From: a virus
Reading direction: 5' to 3' (one strand)
IMG/VR virus record: IMGVR_UViG_3300010397_000021
Span: 1-45,391 of that record
DNA: 45,391 nt
The position numbers and the translations under genes were made by a program. Below the pieces are notes generated by a model that saw nothing but the letters and a program-made list of their open reading frames with translations, did not search any database and was not told the DNA's origin. How positions within the stretch are numbered: the first letter of the stretch is position 1; the number at the start of each line of letters is the position of its first letter. This document shows, one piece after another, positions 7,867 through 14,730 of the stretch.

Positions 7867-8189
7867 ATCTTAACCCTTCCTGCCAAAACGCCCTCGACAT
7901 CCTCAGTTTCCGCGCCGGTACGTAAATCTCGGACGATAGTGTAAGGATGTAGTACATAGATTTTAACTTGTTGCTCATTAACGTTTCCGTTCACACTCAC
8001 CCTTGCAAAGCTGGTATGTCTGCGCTTTTGTGGGTCAAATGGCGAAATGCGGGTGAGCCGGTGGATGCCCGTTTCCGATTCTGGAATATCGGTATAAACG
8101 GCATACATTTTGCGGAGCATGTCCGCCCAAGCCTGGCACTCCTCAGAAGGATTCCCCGCCTCTACTATCAGTCCGGTTTCCTGGCTCAT
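7863..8189 (-). CDS. Truncated class-I release factor (RF2)-like protein lacking the GGQ domain, 108 aa
   Basis: Three segments align by eye to E. coli RF2. (1) '[20 protein letters not shown]' vs '[20 protein letters not shown]'. (2) '[23 protein letters not shown]' vs '[23 protein letters not shown]', including the SPF codon-recognition tripeptide. (3) '[30 protein letters not shown]' vs '[29 protein letters not shown]'. No GGQ anywhere. Start set at MSQETG (ATGA overlap). Confidence 0.7.
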   Translation of the reverse strand: MSQETGLIVEAGNPSEECQAWADMLRKMYAVYTDIPESETGIHRLTRISPFDPQKRRHTSFARVSVNGNVNEQQVKIYVLHPYTIVRDLRTGAETEDVEGVLAGRVKI

Positions 8190-8473
8190 GCCGCTCGCCC
8201 CATTCTGTTGATGGCTTCGTAGATGAGCTTGTCTGCCGCCTTCTCGTCGCATTCGATCAGGCTACCCTCTTGGTCGATCTTTCCTTTCACGACCTTCGCA
8301 GCGACAAGTGCCGTGTAAATATCGTAATCCCAACCGCTATTACCGAACGGCCGTTTGCCAGAGAAGCCTTCTCCCTCTTGCCAAAGAGTTTTGAGCAACG
8401 CTCTGAAATAGTCACCGATAGTTTCGGCTTCGGCGTCATTAGCCTGCATGGGCGTATAAAGAATATCGGTCAT
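8186..8473 (-). CDS. Hypothetical protein, 95 aa
   Basis: Start moved to Met45 ([10 protein letters not shown]), giving an ATGA overlap with the upstream stop. Confidence 0.6.
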   Translation of the reverse strand: MTDILYTPMQANDAEAETIGDYFRALLKTLWQEGEGFSGKRPFGNSGWDYDIYTALVAAKVVKGKIDQEGSLIECDEKAADKLIYEAINRMGRAA

Positions 8474-8718
8474 AGTTCCTCCTCGGTGTTTGTACCCTTT
8501 GATCGTTTCTCGTAAGCCAATGCCGCCTTGCATTGATTTAATGCGTACTCTTCGGATCGGTCGAGCCTTCCGTTTTGAGAGCCTTTGAATATTCCGTATC
8601 CGCAAGGTTCACCTACCGTCATGGGATCACCATTAGGATGGCAAGGATAGGGATTATCAAAAATCCAATATTCCGGGTTGCCGTTCACGAAGTTTTTCCA
8701 AATCCAGTGTTTCTTCAT
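8470..8718 (-). CDS. Hypothetical protein, 82 aa
   Basis: Start moved to Met20 (MKKHWIWKNF), giving an ATGA overlap. Confidence 0.6.
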   Translation of the reverse strand: MKKHWIWKNFVNGNPEYWIFDNPYPCHPNGDPMTVGEPCGYGIFKGSQNGRLDRSEEYALNQCKAALAYEKRSKGTNTEEEL

Positions 8719-8858
8719 TTTAAATCCATGAAACAGTAAAGCTTCGTATGCCCTACCTTGCGGCAGTCTTCCCATTTATACACCATAAGCCAAGCAGCTA
8801 ACGAAAGAACGCTGGTGATCCCAATTATAATGGCGAGAGTTGTCATAGCGGTTTTCAT
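8715..8858 (-). CDS. Small membrane protein, 47 aa
   Basis: Start moved to Met32 (MKTAMTTLAIIIGITSVLSLAAWLMVY), giving an ATGA overlap. One TM segment. Confidence 0.5.
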   Translation of the reverse strand: MKTAMTTLAIIIGITSVLSLAAWLMVYKWEDCRKVGHTKLYCFMDLK

Positions 8859-9118
8859 TTGGTTTCTAATTCCCTCGTAGGGTTGTCGTTCGCTGGCGTC
8901 TTCGCTTTGTGATCCGCATATTGCTTCCGCGTCAACACGGTCGTATTCCACTCATCATGGGGGCATCTCAGCGAGAAGTAGCATTCCCGTTCATCGCTAT
9001 GCTGCATAACGAGTCCCTCTGCTTCCTCCGGCCATCCTCCATAGTGCTTATCAACTTTGTCGCATAACGAGGCTACGTTGTCCTTGCACCAGTCGTGTTT
9101 TATTGGATACTTTGACAT
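8855..9118 (-). CDS. Hypothetical protein, 87 aa
   Basis: Same-strand ORF. Confidence 0.6.
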   Translation of the reverse strand: MSKYPIKHDWCKDNVASLCDKVDKHYGGWPEEAEGLVMQHSDERECYFSLRCPHDEWNTTVLTRKQYADHKAKTPANDNPTRELETK

Positions 9119-9138
9119 GCGGTCACCCTACATTTACA

Positions 9139-9336
9139 TTAGGCGACTTTAGCAACGCGCTCTGCCACGCTGCTTTCACCATCGAAAGTTTCCATCCATT
9201 TTGATAGGATGTCTGCGGCCTCCTTTTTATCGAGACCAAAATCCATCCGTAATGCCTGTCCAGCGCCGAACATGTTCATATTGCCGCTTTCACGAAGCTC
9301 GTCTAAATATTCGAAGTATTTTTCCATAATCTTCAC
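9139..9336 (-). CDS. Hypothetical protein, 65 aa (possibly DUF5049-like)
   Basis: 'LDELRESGNMNMFGA' resembles the sG.tNMf motif I associate with DUF5049. Family assignment is from memory only. Confidence 0.5.
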   Translation of the reverse strand: MKIMEKYFEYLDELRESGNMNMFGAGQALRMDFGLDKKEAADILSKWMETFDGESSVAERVAKVA

Positions 9337-9355
9337 TCCCGATCCGTTAATAGGG

Positions 9356-9541
9356 TTATCGCCGTTTGACCGGCAACAACGCCTCTTTCCTCATTTCGTC
9401 CATCCATGCGATCACCTCGGGATCGGCCAGCAGTCCATCGAGCGCGGCCTTATCGAATTGGTGACCGCCAGGTGAGAGCAGCTCCTCTGCGTGAACAGCA
9501 ATCGAGCCGAGCTTGCTCAGCAGACTGAAACTTGGATGCAT
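9356..9541 (-). CDS. Hypothetical protein, 61 aa
   Basis: The track ORF begins with TTG. First ATG is MHPSFSLL at 9539-9541. Confidence 0.45.
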   Translation of the reverse strand: MHPSFSLLSKLGSIAVHAEELLSPGGHQFDKAALDGLLADPEVIAWMDEMRKEALLPVKRR

Positions 9542-9552
9542 TAGCTTGTTGC

Positions 9553-9666
9553 TCACGCGGCCTCGCAATCTGCCGTTGCTTTGGCTTCGATCTGCTTCCG
9601 AATTTCCTTCAGAACCTTGTTTGTCAGCTTGTCGTAACTGATCTGTTTTTTCCGCTTCTTCGTCAT
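9553..9666 (-). CDS. Small basic peptide, 37 aa (below ORF-track cutoff)
   Basis: ATG at 9664-9666 follows CAGGAGGGTAAT. Hand translation: MTKKRKKQISYDKLTNKVLKEIRKQIEAKATADCEAA. Confidence 0.45.
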   Translation of the reverse strand: MTKKRKKQISYDKLTNKVLKEIRKQIEAKATADCEAA

Positions 9667-10126
9667 ATTACCCTCCTGATACCGTTATCCAAGTTACTTC
9701 GAGCGGATGCGGCGCTAGCCAACCGCACCCGCTTGCACACCGTGGTCGGGCATGTGCCTCCCTCTTGGTGCTATGCAGGATTTCGCCACCAAGTTGTCTG
9801 CGCTTTAACGACTCTCGTCACCCCTGCTGCCACCTTTCACCCTTGCGGGTATCCCGTTGACCGTCTCTCCGGCCTGTCTCGTTTTCCCCGTCTGGGTTAA
9901 GGCTTGTCATCGCCACAAATTACCGCCTACGTCGGCGTAGCTCTACGCTAGAGGGCTTTCACCCGCGAAGGCTGACTTAATGCCTTCCAGATTTTAAGTC
10001 TCTCGACTAAGGCTTCTGCCTCGCTATCCCATTCTTTCGTTTGGGCGCTCCGCTATTATCTAACGACCCGGACGGATAGGGTCGATCCCAGATGCTCCCG
10101 CTACGCAGTCACACCAGGCGATTCCG
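9667..10126 (-). ncRNA. Candidate structured non-coding RNA or long structured leader (class unknown)
   Basis: A 460-nt gap with no minus-strand ORF of 60 aa or more, in an otherwise overlap-packed operon, and visibly GC-richer than its surroundings. Hairpins: 9703-9712/9723-9732 (10 bp), 9764-9770/9787-9793 (7 bp), 9974-9980/9994-10000 (7 bp), 10064-10069/10079-10084 (6 bp), 9927-9931/9936-9940 (tetraloop). The 10-bp stem has a G-U pair only when read on the minus strand (A-C mismatch on plus). Confidence 0.3.
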
Positions 10127-10300
10127 TTAACTGGCTATCTTTTTGACCAGAGCCTCTGCTTCTTGCATCCAGGTCGCGCTAATCAGCCCATTTCTGCAAA
10201 GCAGGCCTTTTTCGTGCATAAGAAACGCGGTTTGCAACATTGCGATGAGATCGTTACGTTGCGTTGCCAGTTCCATGATCTTTTTGTCTTTGATGTCCAT
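10127..10300 (-). CDS. Hypothetical protein, 57 aa
   Basis: Start moved to Met16 (MDIKDKKIMELA), which avoids a 23-nt overlap with the upstream gene. Confidence 0.5.
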   Translation of the reverse strand: MDIKDKKIMELATQRNDLIAMLQTAFLMHEKGLLCRNGLISATWMQEAEALVKKIAS

Positions 10301-10322
10301 GTACGTTATCCCTATTCTTTCT

Positions 10323-10586
10323 TCAAACACTGTGCTTGCCGTCAAACGCAGCTTTCATCTTGTAATAATCGTCCATATCCCATACCAAATCGGCCAATGT
10401 CCGAATAGCCTTAACGATAGCTTCATACGCCGTGATCATCTCGCCATCCTCAGCCTCAACCCGCATCCTGACTATGGTATCGAGCGGGATGCTGTTAAGT
10501 GCGGCGGATGATATAATAACGCCTATTAGGCTGGTTTCAGCATCTAATTTCATGGTTTCGCTGAATAATGGGATAATGTCAGCCAT
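10323..10586 (-). CDS. Hypothetical protein, 87 aa
   Basis: Same-strand ORF with an 8-nt overlap with the upstream gene. Confidence 0.6.
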   Translation of the reverse strand: MADIIPLFSETMKLDAETSLIGVIISSAALNSIPLDTIVRMRVEAEDGEMITAYEAIVKAIRTLADLVWDMDDYYKMKAAFDGKHSV

Positions 10587-10836
10587 GGTTTTCTCCCTCG
10601 ATTAACACATATCTTGCCCTGAGACATCCGCCCTCAAGGTATTCATTGAGCGTGGTAATCTGGTATCCCTGCTTGCGCAGATCGCTGATGCGTGACCGCA
10701 AAGCAAAGCCGCGCGCGAAATCATCCCAAGTAATTCCGTGCATGCCTTTTTCCTGCAGCTTGCGCAGCACCATAGCCATGGCACACGGCATGTCTTTGGG
10801 ACAGGGAGGGGGTATGTAAAGCTCTAGCTGAATCAT
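10579..10836 (-). CDS. Winged-helix DNA-binding protein (putative), 85 aa
   Basis: 'ITWDDFARGFALRSRISDLRKQGYQITT...RARYVL' fits the wHTH pattern common in phage early regions. Confidence 0.5.
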   Translation of the reverse strand: MIQLELYIPPPCPKDMPCAMAMVLRKLQEKGMHGITWDDFARGFALRSRISDLRKQGYQITTLNEYLEGGCLRARYVLIEGENHG

Positions 10837-11153
10837 GTGGCGCTCCTATTCGCTGCGCGTTCGTTGGCATTCAACGTCCGCAGCAGGTCCACCCATACTT
10901 TAGCGCTATCATACCTTACTCTTGCCTTGTTCGCCGCCTTGCGAGATTTAACCATAATATCGAGATGCTTCTTATAATCAGGATGGCGCAGAGCAAAGGC
11001 CTCCTTCGCCGCCGCCGATGATTCATTGCATTCCACCGAAAGCTGAGAGAGGAGGGGCTTTTTATTTTCCTCCAGCAACTCTGCTGCAGCCTGAGCTTCC
11101 GCCCATGCCTCGCCAAGCGTTACCAGTTTTTCATGTATGTCCTGCGGATTCAT
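10833..11153 (-). CDS. Hypothetical coiled-coil protein, 106 aa
   Basis: Same-strand ORF, ATGA-coupled, Ala/Glu/Lys-rich. Confidence 0.6.
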   Translation of the reverse strand: MNPQDIHEKLVTLGEAWAEAQAAAELLEENKKPLLSQLSVECNESSAAAKEAFALRHPDYKKHLDIMVKSRKAANKARVRYDSAKVWVDLLRTLNANERAANRSAT

Positions 11154-11389
11154 TAGAAAGGCACCTCGTCAAAAGAAGTTTCGCGCGCTTGCGGTTTCTT
11201 TGCTTCTGATTTAAGTTTTGCCTTAAGTCGGAAATATTTCTTATTTCCATCCCTGGACACATTTATCCAGCCATTGAGCCAGTATTCCTTGCCATCAATA
11301 GTGATATTTCCGGTATAATCGGCATCCGATTTCCCTGCGCGCATGGCATCATTTTTAAATAATGCTCCCTGATTATCCTCTTTAGACAT
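11153..11389 (-). CDS. Small ssDNA-binding-like protein with SSB-type acidic C-terminal tip, 78 aa
   Basis: Ends in 'ETSFDEVPF' (compare E. coli SSB '...DFDDDIPF'). The N-terminal 'GALFKND...DYTGNITIDGKEYWLNGW' looks like a mini OB fold. Sits directly downstream of the annealase. Confidence 0.5.
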   Translation of the reverse strand: MSKEDNQGALFKNDAMRAGKSDADYTGNITIDGKEYWLNGWINVSRDGNKKYFRLKAKLKSEAKKPQARETSFDEVPF

Positions 11390-12092
11390 GCGCAGCCCCC
11401 TTGTTTATATCGTTAAATCCCTGTGACATCCCGGCCTTTTGCAACAGATCGGCCTTCATATTGTTCTTAATGTCTTCCAATTGATTAAAAATCTCTGGAT
11501 CGCCGCGCTTAAATACGGTTAGCTCGGGCTTATATTTTCCCCAGACAGCCCCAAGCTCTTTTTCATCTTCAACAGAGCGCAATTCATCCGCTATGGCTTC
11601 CCATTTGGCATTCTGCTTCTTAGCGGTCTCAAATCCAGCGCGCTGATCCAGCTTAACTTTAGTCCAGGGATCAACCGACCATCCCTTAAACACCCATTTG
11701 CCATTGCGCTGTTCAGCTTTGCATGGCACCCATACAGCGTCTAAATCGTATAAATAGCGGCCTATTCCCCACAAAACACCTGCGCGCTTAATCGCGTCTG
11801 AAATGGCCCCCTTTTCACTCTCTACATCCGTATCTCCAGCCCCATCGCTTTTATAAATCCACTTATCTTCTATATTAATTCCTAAGCGGCAGATAATCCG
11901 ACCTTTTGCTGTTTCAGAAATCTCATTACTCCATCCATGCTGGCCGCATACATCGTCTAAGCGATTAAACACATCCCGAGCATCGATATATGCCAAAGCC
12001 AATGCAGATGTACCATCACTGGTGAAGTGTTGCGCACGCCAGCTGACGGCATCCTTGGGAAAAGGCTCAAGCAATTTTGCTAGATCGATCAT
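11382..12092 (-). CDS. Rad52/Sak-like single-strand annealing protein, 236 aa
   Basis: 'LAYIDARDVFNRLDDVCGQHGW' and 'EKGAISDAIKRAGVLWGIGRYLYDL' match the Rad52_Rad22/Sak SSAP signature. Confidence 0.8.
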   Translation of the reverse strand: MIDLAKLLEPFPKDAVSWRAQHFTSDGTSALALAYIDARDVFNRLDDVCGQHGWSNEISETAKGRIICRLGINIEDKWIYKSDGAGDTDVESEKGAISDAIKRAGVLWGIGRYLYDLDAVWVPCKAEQRNGKWVFKGWSVDPWTKVKLDQRAGFETAKKQNAKWEAIADELRSVEDEKELGAVWGKYKPELTVFKRGDPEIFNQLEDIKNNMKADLLQKAGMSQGFNDINKGAAHV

Positions 12093-12267
12093 TTAAGTAT
12101 TCTTTTGTAAAAACGTTAATAAACCCGATAACTTCATTGTAAGTTTCTTTTTTCGCGCGTTCGTAACTCCATGCGCCGGTAGGATTCGGTCCGACAGCAT
12201 CTGTTATTTTATCTATTTCGCGTTGAGCATAGCGCTCAAGAAATGCTATAAAGTTTTCCGGTGTCAT
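12067..12267 (-). CDS. Hypothetical protein, 66 aa
   Basis: Start moved to Met13 (MTPENFIAFLERY), giving an ATGA overlap with the 37-aa ORF upstream. Confidence 0.5.
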   Translation of the reverse strand: MTPENFIAFLERYAQREIDKITDAVGPNPTGAWSYERAKKETYNEVIGFINVFTKEYLNDRSSKIA

Positions 12268-12377
12268 GGCTGGCGCCCTTTCTTTTCTTTTGCTTCTTTC
12301 CATTGCAAAATCCCGCCCGCTGCAGCCACTGCGAAGAATCCCAGCATGGCGACGGATATAACCTTATCGATCTGCAT
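12264..12377 (-). CDS. Small membrane peptide, 37 aa (below ORF-track cutoff)
   Basis: Hand translation: MQIDKVISVAMLGFFAVAAAGGILQWKEAKEKKGRQP. One TM segment. Confidence 0.4.
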   Translation of the reverse strand: MQIDKVISVAMLGFFAVAAAGGILQWKEAKEKKGRQP

Positions 12378-12585
12378 TTTTGGCCTCCTGTAACCGGCAC
12401 AGCCAATCCATACACATGCTAGGCCCCGTCATATCGTCAGGCGTATGAATGATCGGTCCAGCGTAGGGCTTAAGCGCAGCCGCCCTTTGATCGAAATGGC
12501 TATCCAGAAAAGCCGCATAGAAGCAAAGCATCATCAGCGGGACTATGACGACCGGCGAGGAGATGTTGAATGTAAGGGATTTCAT
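12364..12585 (-). CDS. Membrane protein, 73 aa
   Basis: N-terminal TM 'SSPVVIVPLMMLCFYAAF'. ATGA overlap upstream. Confidence 0.55.
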   Translation of the reverse strand: MKSLTFNISSPVVIVPLMMLCFYAAFLDSHFDQRAAALKPYAGPIIHTPDDMTGPSMCMDWLCRLQEAKNADR

Positions 12586-12998
12586 AATTCTCCCCTAAAC
12601 TGAGGTACGGCAATAGCCGCGAACATCTTTGTAAGTTCATCCTGGTAATTTATGGGCTTTACTCGCAACGCATTGAACAAACGCTCGGAAGCAGCAGCGT
12701 ACATATTCTCATGGGTATAAGGGTAGGGGCTGAGATCGTACTGATTGTCTTCAAGCTCTTTGATCTCGGATGCGGAATCGGACCATAGCCGTTCGCCCAC
12801 TACCTCCATAACGCAATGAAGACCGTGTGCCGTCCATGCGCGGCGATGTTTGTGCAAAATGGTGGTTATGGCTGCGAGTATTTCCTTGAAAGCGGCCTGA
12901 TCTTCCATGACGCGCTTATAGGAGTCCGGACAATCCACTTCTGGCTGCCAGGTTGCGTCCATGTTCGTGCCGCGAAAATCGTCTGGATAGTTTGACAT
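12582..12998 (-). CDS. First gene of the leftward early operon, hypothetical, 138 aa
   Basis: Start moved to MSNYPDDF (RBS GGGAGG). The track start (TTG at 13035-13037) lies inside the predicted -10 box. Confidence 0.6.
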   Translation of the reverse strand: MSNYPDDFRGTNMDATWQPEVDCPDSYKRVMEDQAAFKEILAAITTILHKHRRAWTAHGLHCVMEVVGERLWSDSASEIKELEDNQYDLSPYPYTHENMYAAASERLFNALRVKPINYQDELTKMFAAIAVPQFRGEL

Positions 12999-13028
12999 AT
13001 AACCTCCCATAAAAGTGCTTATGAAAGT

Positions 13029-13069
13029 ATTATACAAAATGTATAGATAGCCGTCAATACAAAATGTAT
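13029..13069 (-). promoter_or_regulatory. Leftward early promoter (PL-like) with two operators
   Basis: Minus strand reads TTGACG (13052-13057), a 17-nt spacer, then TATAAT (13029-13034). The 13-bp palindrome ATACAAAATGTAT occurs at 13032-13044 (overlapping -10) and 13057-13069 (abutting -35). Confidence 0.6.
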
Positions 13070-13135
13070 GATTTTGGCATAAAATAATGCATTATTTTTA
13101 TTCTATTGGAAAATTAGAGTCTTATAGAATAGCGA

Positions 13136-13330
13136 TTAAAGGAATCCCGCCGGATCGATTATCATGTCCTGTTTTTTTTCACAGTCAAAGCAGCGACGCG
13201 CTAGATGGATGGTATAATAATTATTCAGATGTTTCTTATCATCATCGCTACACCACTCCTCCCATCGATGCCAGATACACCGCTTCTTAGTAAGGGTGAC
13301 GGATGAAATCTTGTTAAATAAATTCCGCAT
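13136..13330 (-). CDS. Small Cys/His-rich protein, 64 aa; AT-rich moron downstream of the repressor
   Basis: 'RCIWHRWEEWC...RRCFDCEKK'. Lies between the repressor gene and PL in an AT-rich segment, analogous to the lambda rex position. Confidence 0.45.
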   Translation of the reverse strand: MRNLFNKISSVTLTKKRCIWHRWEEWCSDDDKKHLNNYYTIHLARRCFDCEKKQDMIIDPAGFL

Positions 13331-13441
13331 AAATATTAATCTTGCAGACGAGTTGAAAATGTGTGAAATTTATCGCTCGATAAAAAAATATCAAGGGAGA
13401 TATTATGCAGGATCACCTCACCACGCCGATTATCGAAGAGG

Positions 13442-13984
13442 TCAAGCAGAACCCAGAGGAATTATGTCTAAAAGCTTGTGAAGCGCTTCTGTACTTGTCG
13501 GATTTGCTCCGCCAGATACAGCGGTGTGGAGTCCGCTCATTATCTTCACTGCCTCCGGCAAATGATGTGCCTGGTACAGATCAACCGCATTAGAAAATGC
13601 CTTTTCCAAATCTTTTTTATCGATCATTTTTTCTTTGACAAGGAAATGAATAATTGTTTTGAGCGTATATAAGATGGCGACATCCGTTTGATTAATTCCT
13701 TCTTCATGAAAACTGTCTTTCGCCGCGCCCTCTCCGTCCAAAATCCAAGTATAGGTTGTCCCCAATAATTTAGCATATTGTTTGGCGGCGCGGATAGAGA
13801 TGTTGCGGTTTCCATTCTCATGCGAGCGATAAGTAGGCTCAGGCACTCCTTTGGCATTGATAAAATCGGTTGCAGTTTCATAGCCCGCGTCTTCACGGCA
13901 TCGCTTTAACCTGGCGGCTGCTTCTAAATTTATTTTCGGCATGCTACCCACGGTAGCAATTTTGTTTTCTAAATCACGATACAT
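13442..13984 (-). CDS. XRE-family HTH repressor (CI-like), 180 aa
   Basis: HTH 'LKRCREDAGYETATDFINAKGVPEPTYRSHENGNRNISIRAAKQYAKLLGTTYTWIL'. Divergent from the Cro-like gene. No S24 peptidase motif seen. Start set at the first ATG (MYRDLENK), since the track start is GTG. Confidence 0.8.
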   Translation of the reverse strand: MYRDLENKIATVGSMPKINLEAAARLKRCREDAGYETATDFINAKGVPEPTYRSHENGNRNISIRAAKQYAKLLGTTYTWILDGEGAAKDSFHEEGINQTDVAILYTLKTIIHFLVKEKMIDKKDLEKAFSNAVDLYQAHHLPEAVKIMSGLHTAVSGGANPTSTEALHKLLDIIPLGSA

Positions 13985-13990
13985 TATGCG

Positions 13991-14019
13991 TTGACACACC
14001 GTTATACATTTTGTATTGT
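13991..14019 (+). promoter_or_regulatory. Rightward early promoter (PR-like) with operator
   Basis: TTGACA (13991-13996), a 17-nt spacer, then TATTGT (14014-14019). Operator ATACATTTTGTAT at 14004-14016 overlaps the spacer and -10. The ATG of the downstream gene is only 7 nt past -10. Confidence 0.6.
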
Positions 14020-14025
14020 TAGAGG

Positions 14026-14265
14026 ATGAGCGAAATTAAAACATTCAAGGATATTATTCAGCTATGGGAAAAAGATGCTGATTTCGGGCGCGATATAGGC
14101 GTCGATAACGTACACGCTTGTACAATGAAGCGCCGAAATAGCATCCCCTGTAAATACTGGCCGCGGGTCATCATGTCGTTACACAAACGTGGATTTATAA
14201 ATATTACTTACGAAACATTAGCGAAAATAGCTAGTAAAAAAAGAAGAAAAATTAAAGAAAGGTAA
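14026..14265 (+). CDS. Cro-like / early DNA-binding regulator, 79 aa
   Basis: Divergent from the repressor. 'FGRDIGVDNVHACTMKRRNSIPCKYWPRVI' resembles small prophage HTH regulators. Basic tail. Confidence 0.6.
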   Translation: MSEIKTFKDIIQLWEKDADFGRDIGVDNVHACTMKRRNSIPCKYWPRVIMSLHKRGFINITYETLAKIASKKRRKIKER

Positions 14266-14310
14266 AATTATTTATAATTATTTTAATTAATTACCGAAAA
14301 TGGGGGATTT

Positions 14311-14454
14311 ATGACACGGGTAGAACGTGAAGTGTCGCGCCAAAATATACAGGCTTCCCAGGCAGAAATGCCTTTCTCGCTCGATGCAGGAGTTCCTATT
14401 CCCGACTATTTTGATCGGTTTTTGAAATCATTAACTTCTGAGACAACGGAATAA
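14311..14454 (+). CDS. Small hypothetical protein, 47 aa (below ORF-track cutoff)
   Basis: ATG follows the tGGGGGAttt RBS. Hand translation: MTRVEREVSRQNIQASQAEMPFSLDAGVPIPDYFDRFLKSLTSETTE. Confidence 0.4.
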   Translation: MTRVEREVSRQNIQASQAEMPFSLDAGVPIPDYFDRFLKSLTSETTE

Positions 14455-14562
14455 CGCTCCCTCTCCCCAGGGTCTTACAAGGAGTATCCCCGTCCTTGGC
14501 GTTGAAAAACGGGGAAAACACCAGCTCAGACTGGGATGAATGTTAATAAACAGGGGGAAGAT

Positions 14563-14730
14563 ATGTTGACTGCACACCGTCTTGAAATGGAAGAGCGCCG
14601 CAGGTTGCGCCTGGGCGATAAAACCTATCCATTGTCGCGCCGTGAGAAAATCCTTTGTGAGTATATTGATACCATCAAAGACCGCCTAGACAAGCTAGAA
14701 GCCCAATTTAGCGCTAAGGAATGCGGATAA
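14563..14730 (+). CDS. Hypothetical protein, 55 aa
   Basis: Start moved to Met10 (MLTAHRLEME), which follows GGGGGAAG. Confidence 0.5.
   Translation: MLTAHRLEMEERRRLRLGDKTYPLSRREKILCEYIDTIKDRLDKLEAQFSAKECG

Noticed and set aside
9532-9900. 122-aa plus-strand ORF across the structured gap
   Set aside because: It is antisense to the operon, has no RBS, has a Cys/Leu/Arg-rich composition unlike a real protein, and overlaps two minus-strand genes.
9667-10126. Identification of the structured gap as RNase P RNA, tmRNA, a cobalamin riboswitch or a group I/II intron
   Set aside because: A 'GGGUGAAAGGUGG' stretch resembles RNase P J11/12. However, the universally conserved P4 strands (GGAAAGUCC / ACAGAA-CCGGCUUA) are absent. 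There is no tRNA-like end or tag ORF ending in hydrophobic residues, no B12 box, no domain V and no flanking split exons.
13405-13593. 62-aa plus-strand ORF with a good RBS (AAGGGAGA)
   Set aside because: About 150 nt of it are antisense to the repressor C-terminus. Both cannot easily be real, and the repressor ORF is the longer, better-supported one. It remains a low-probability alternative.
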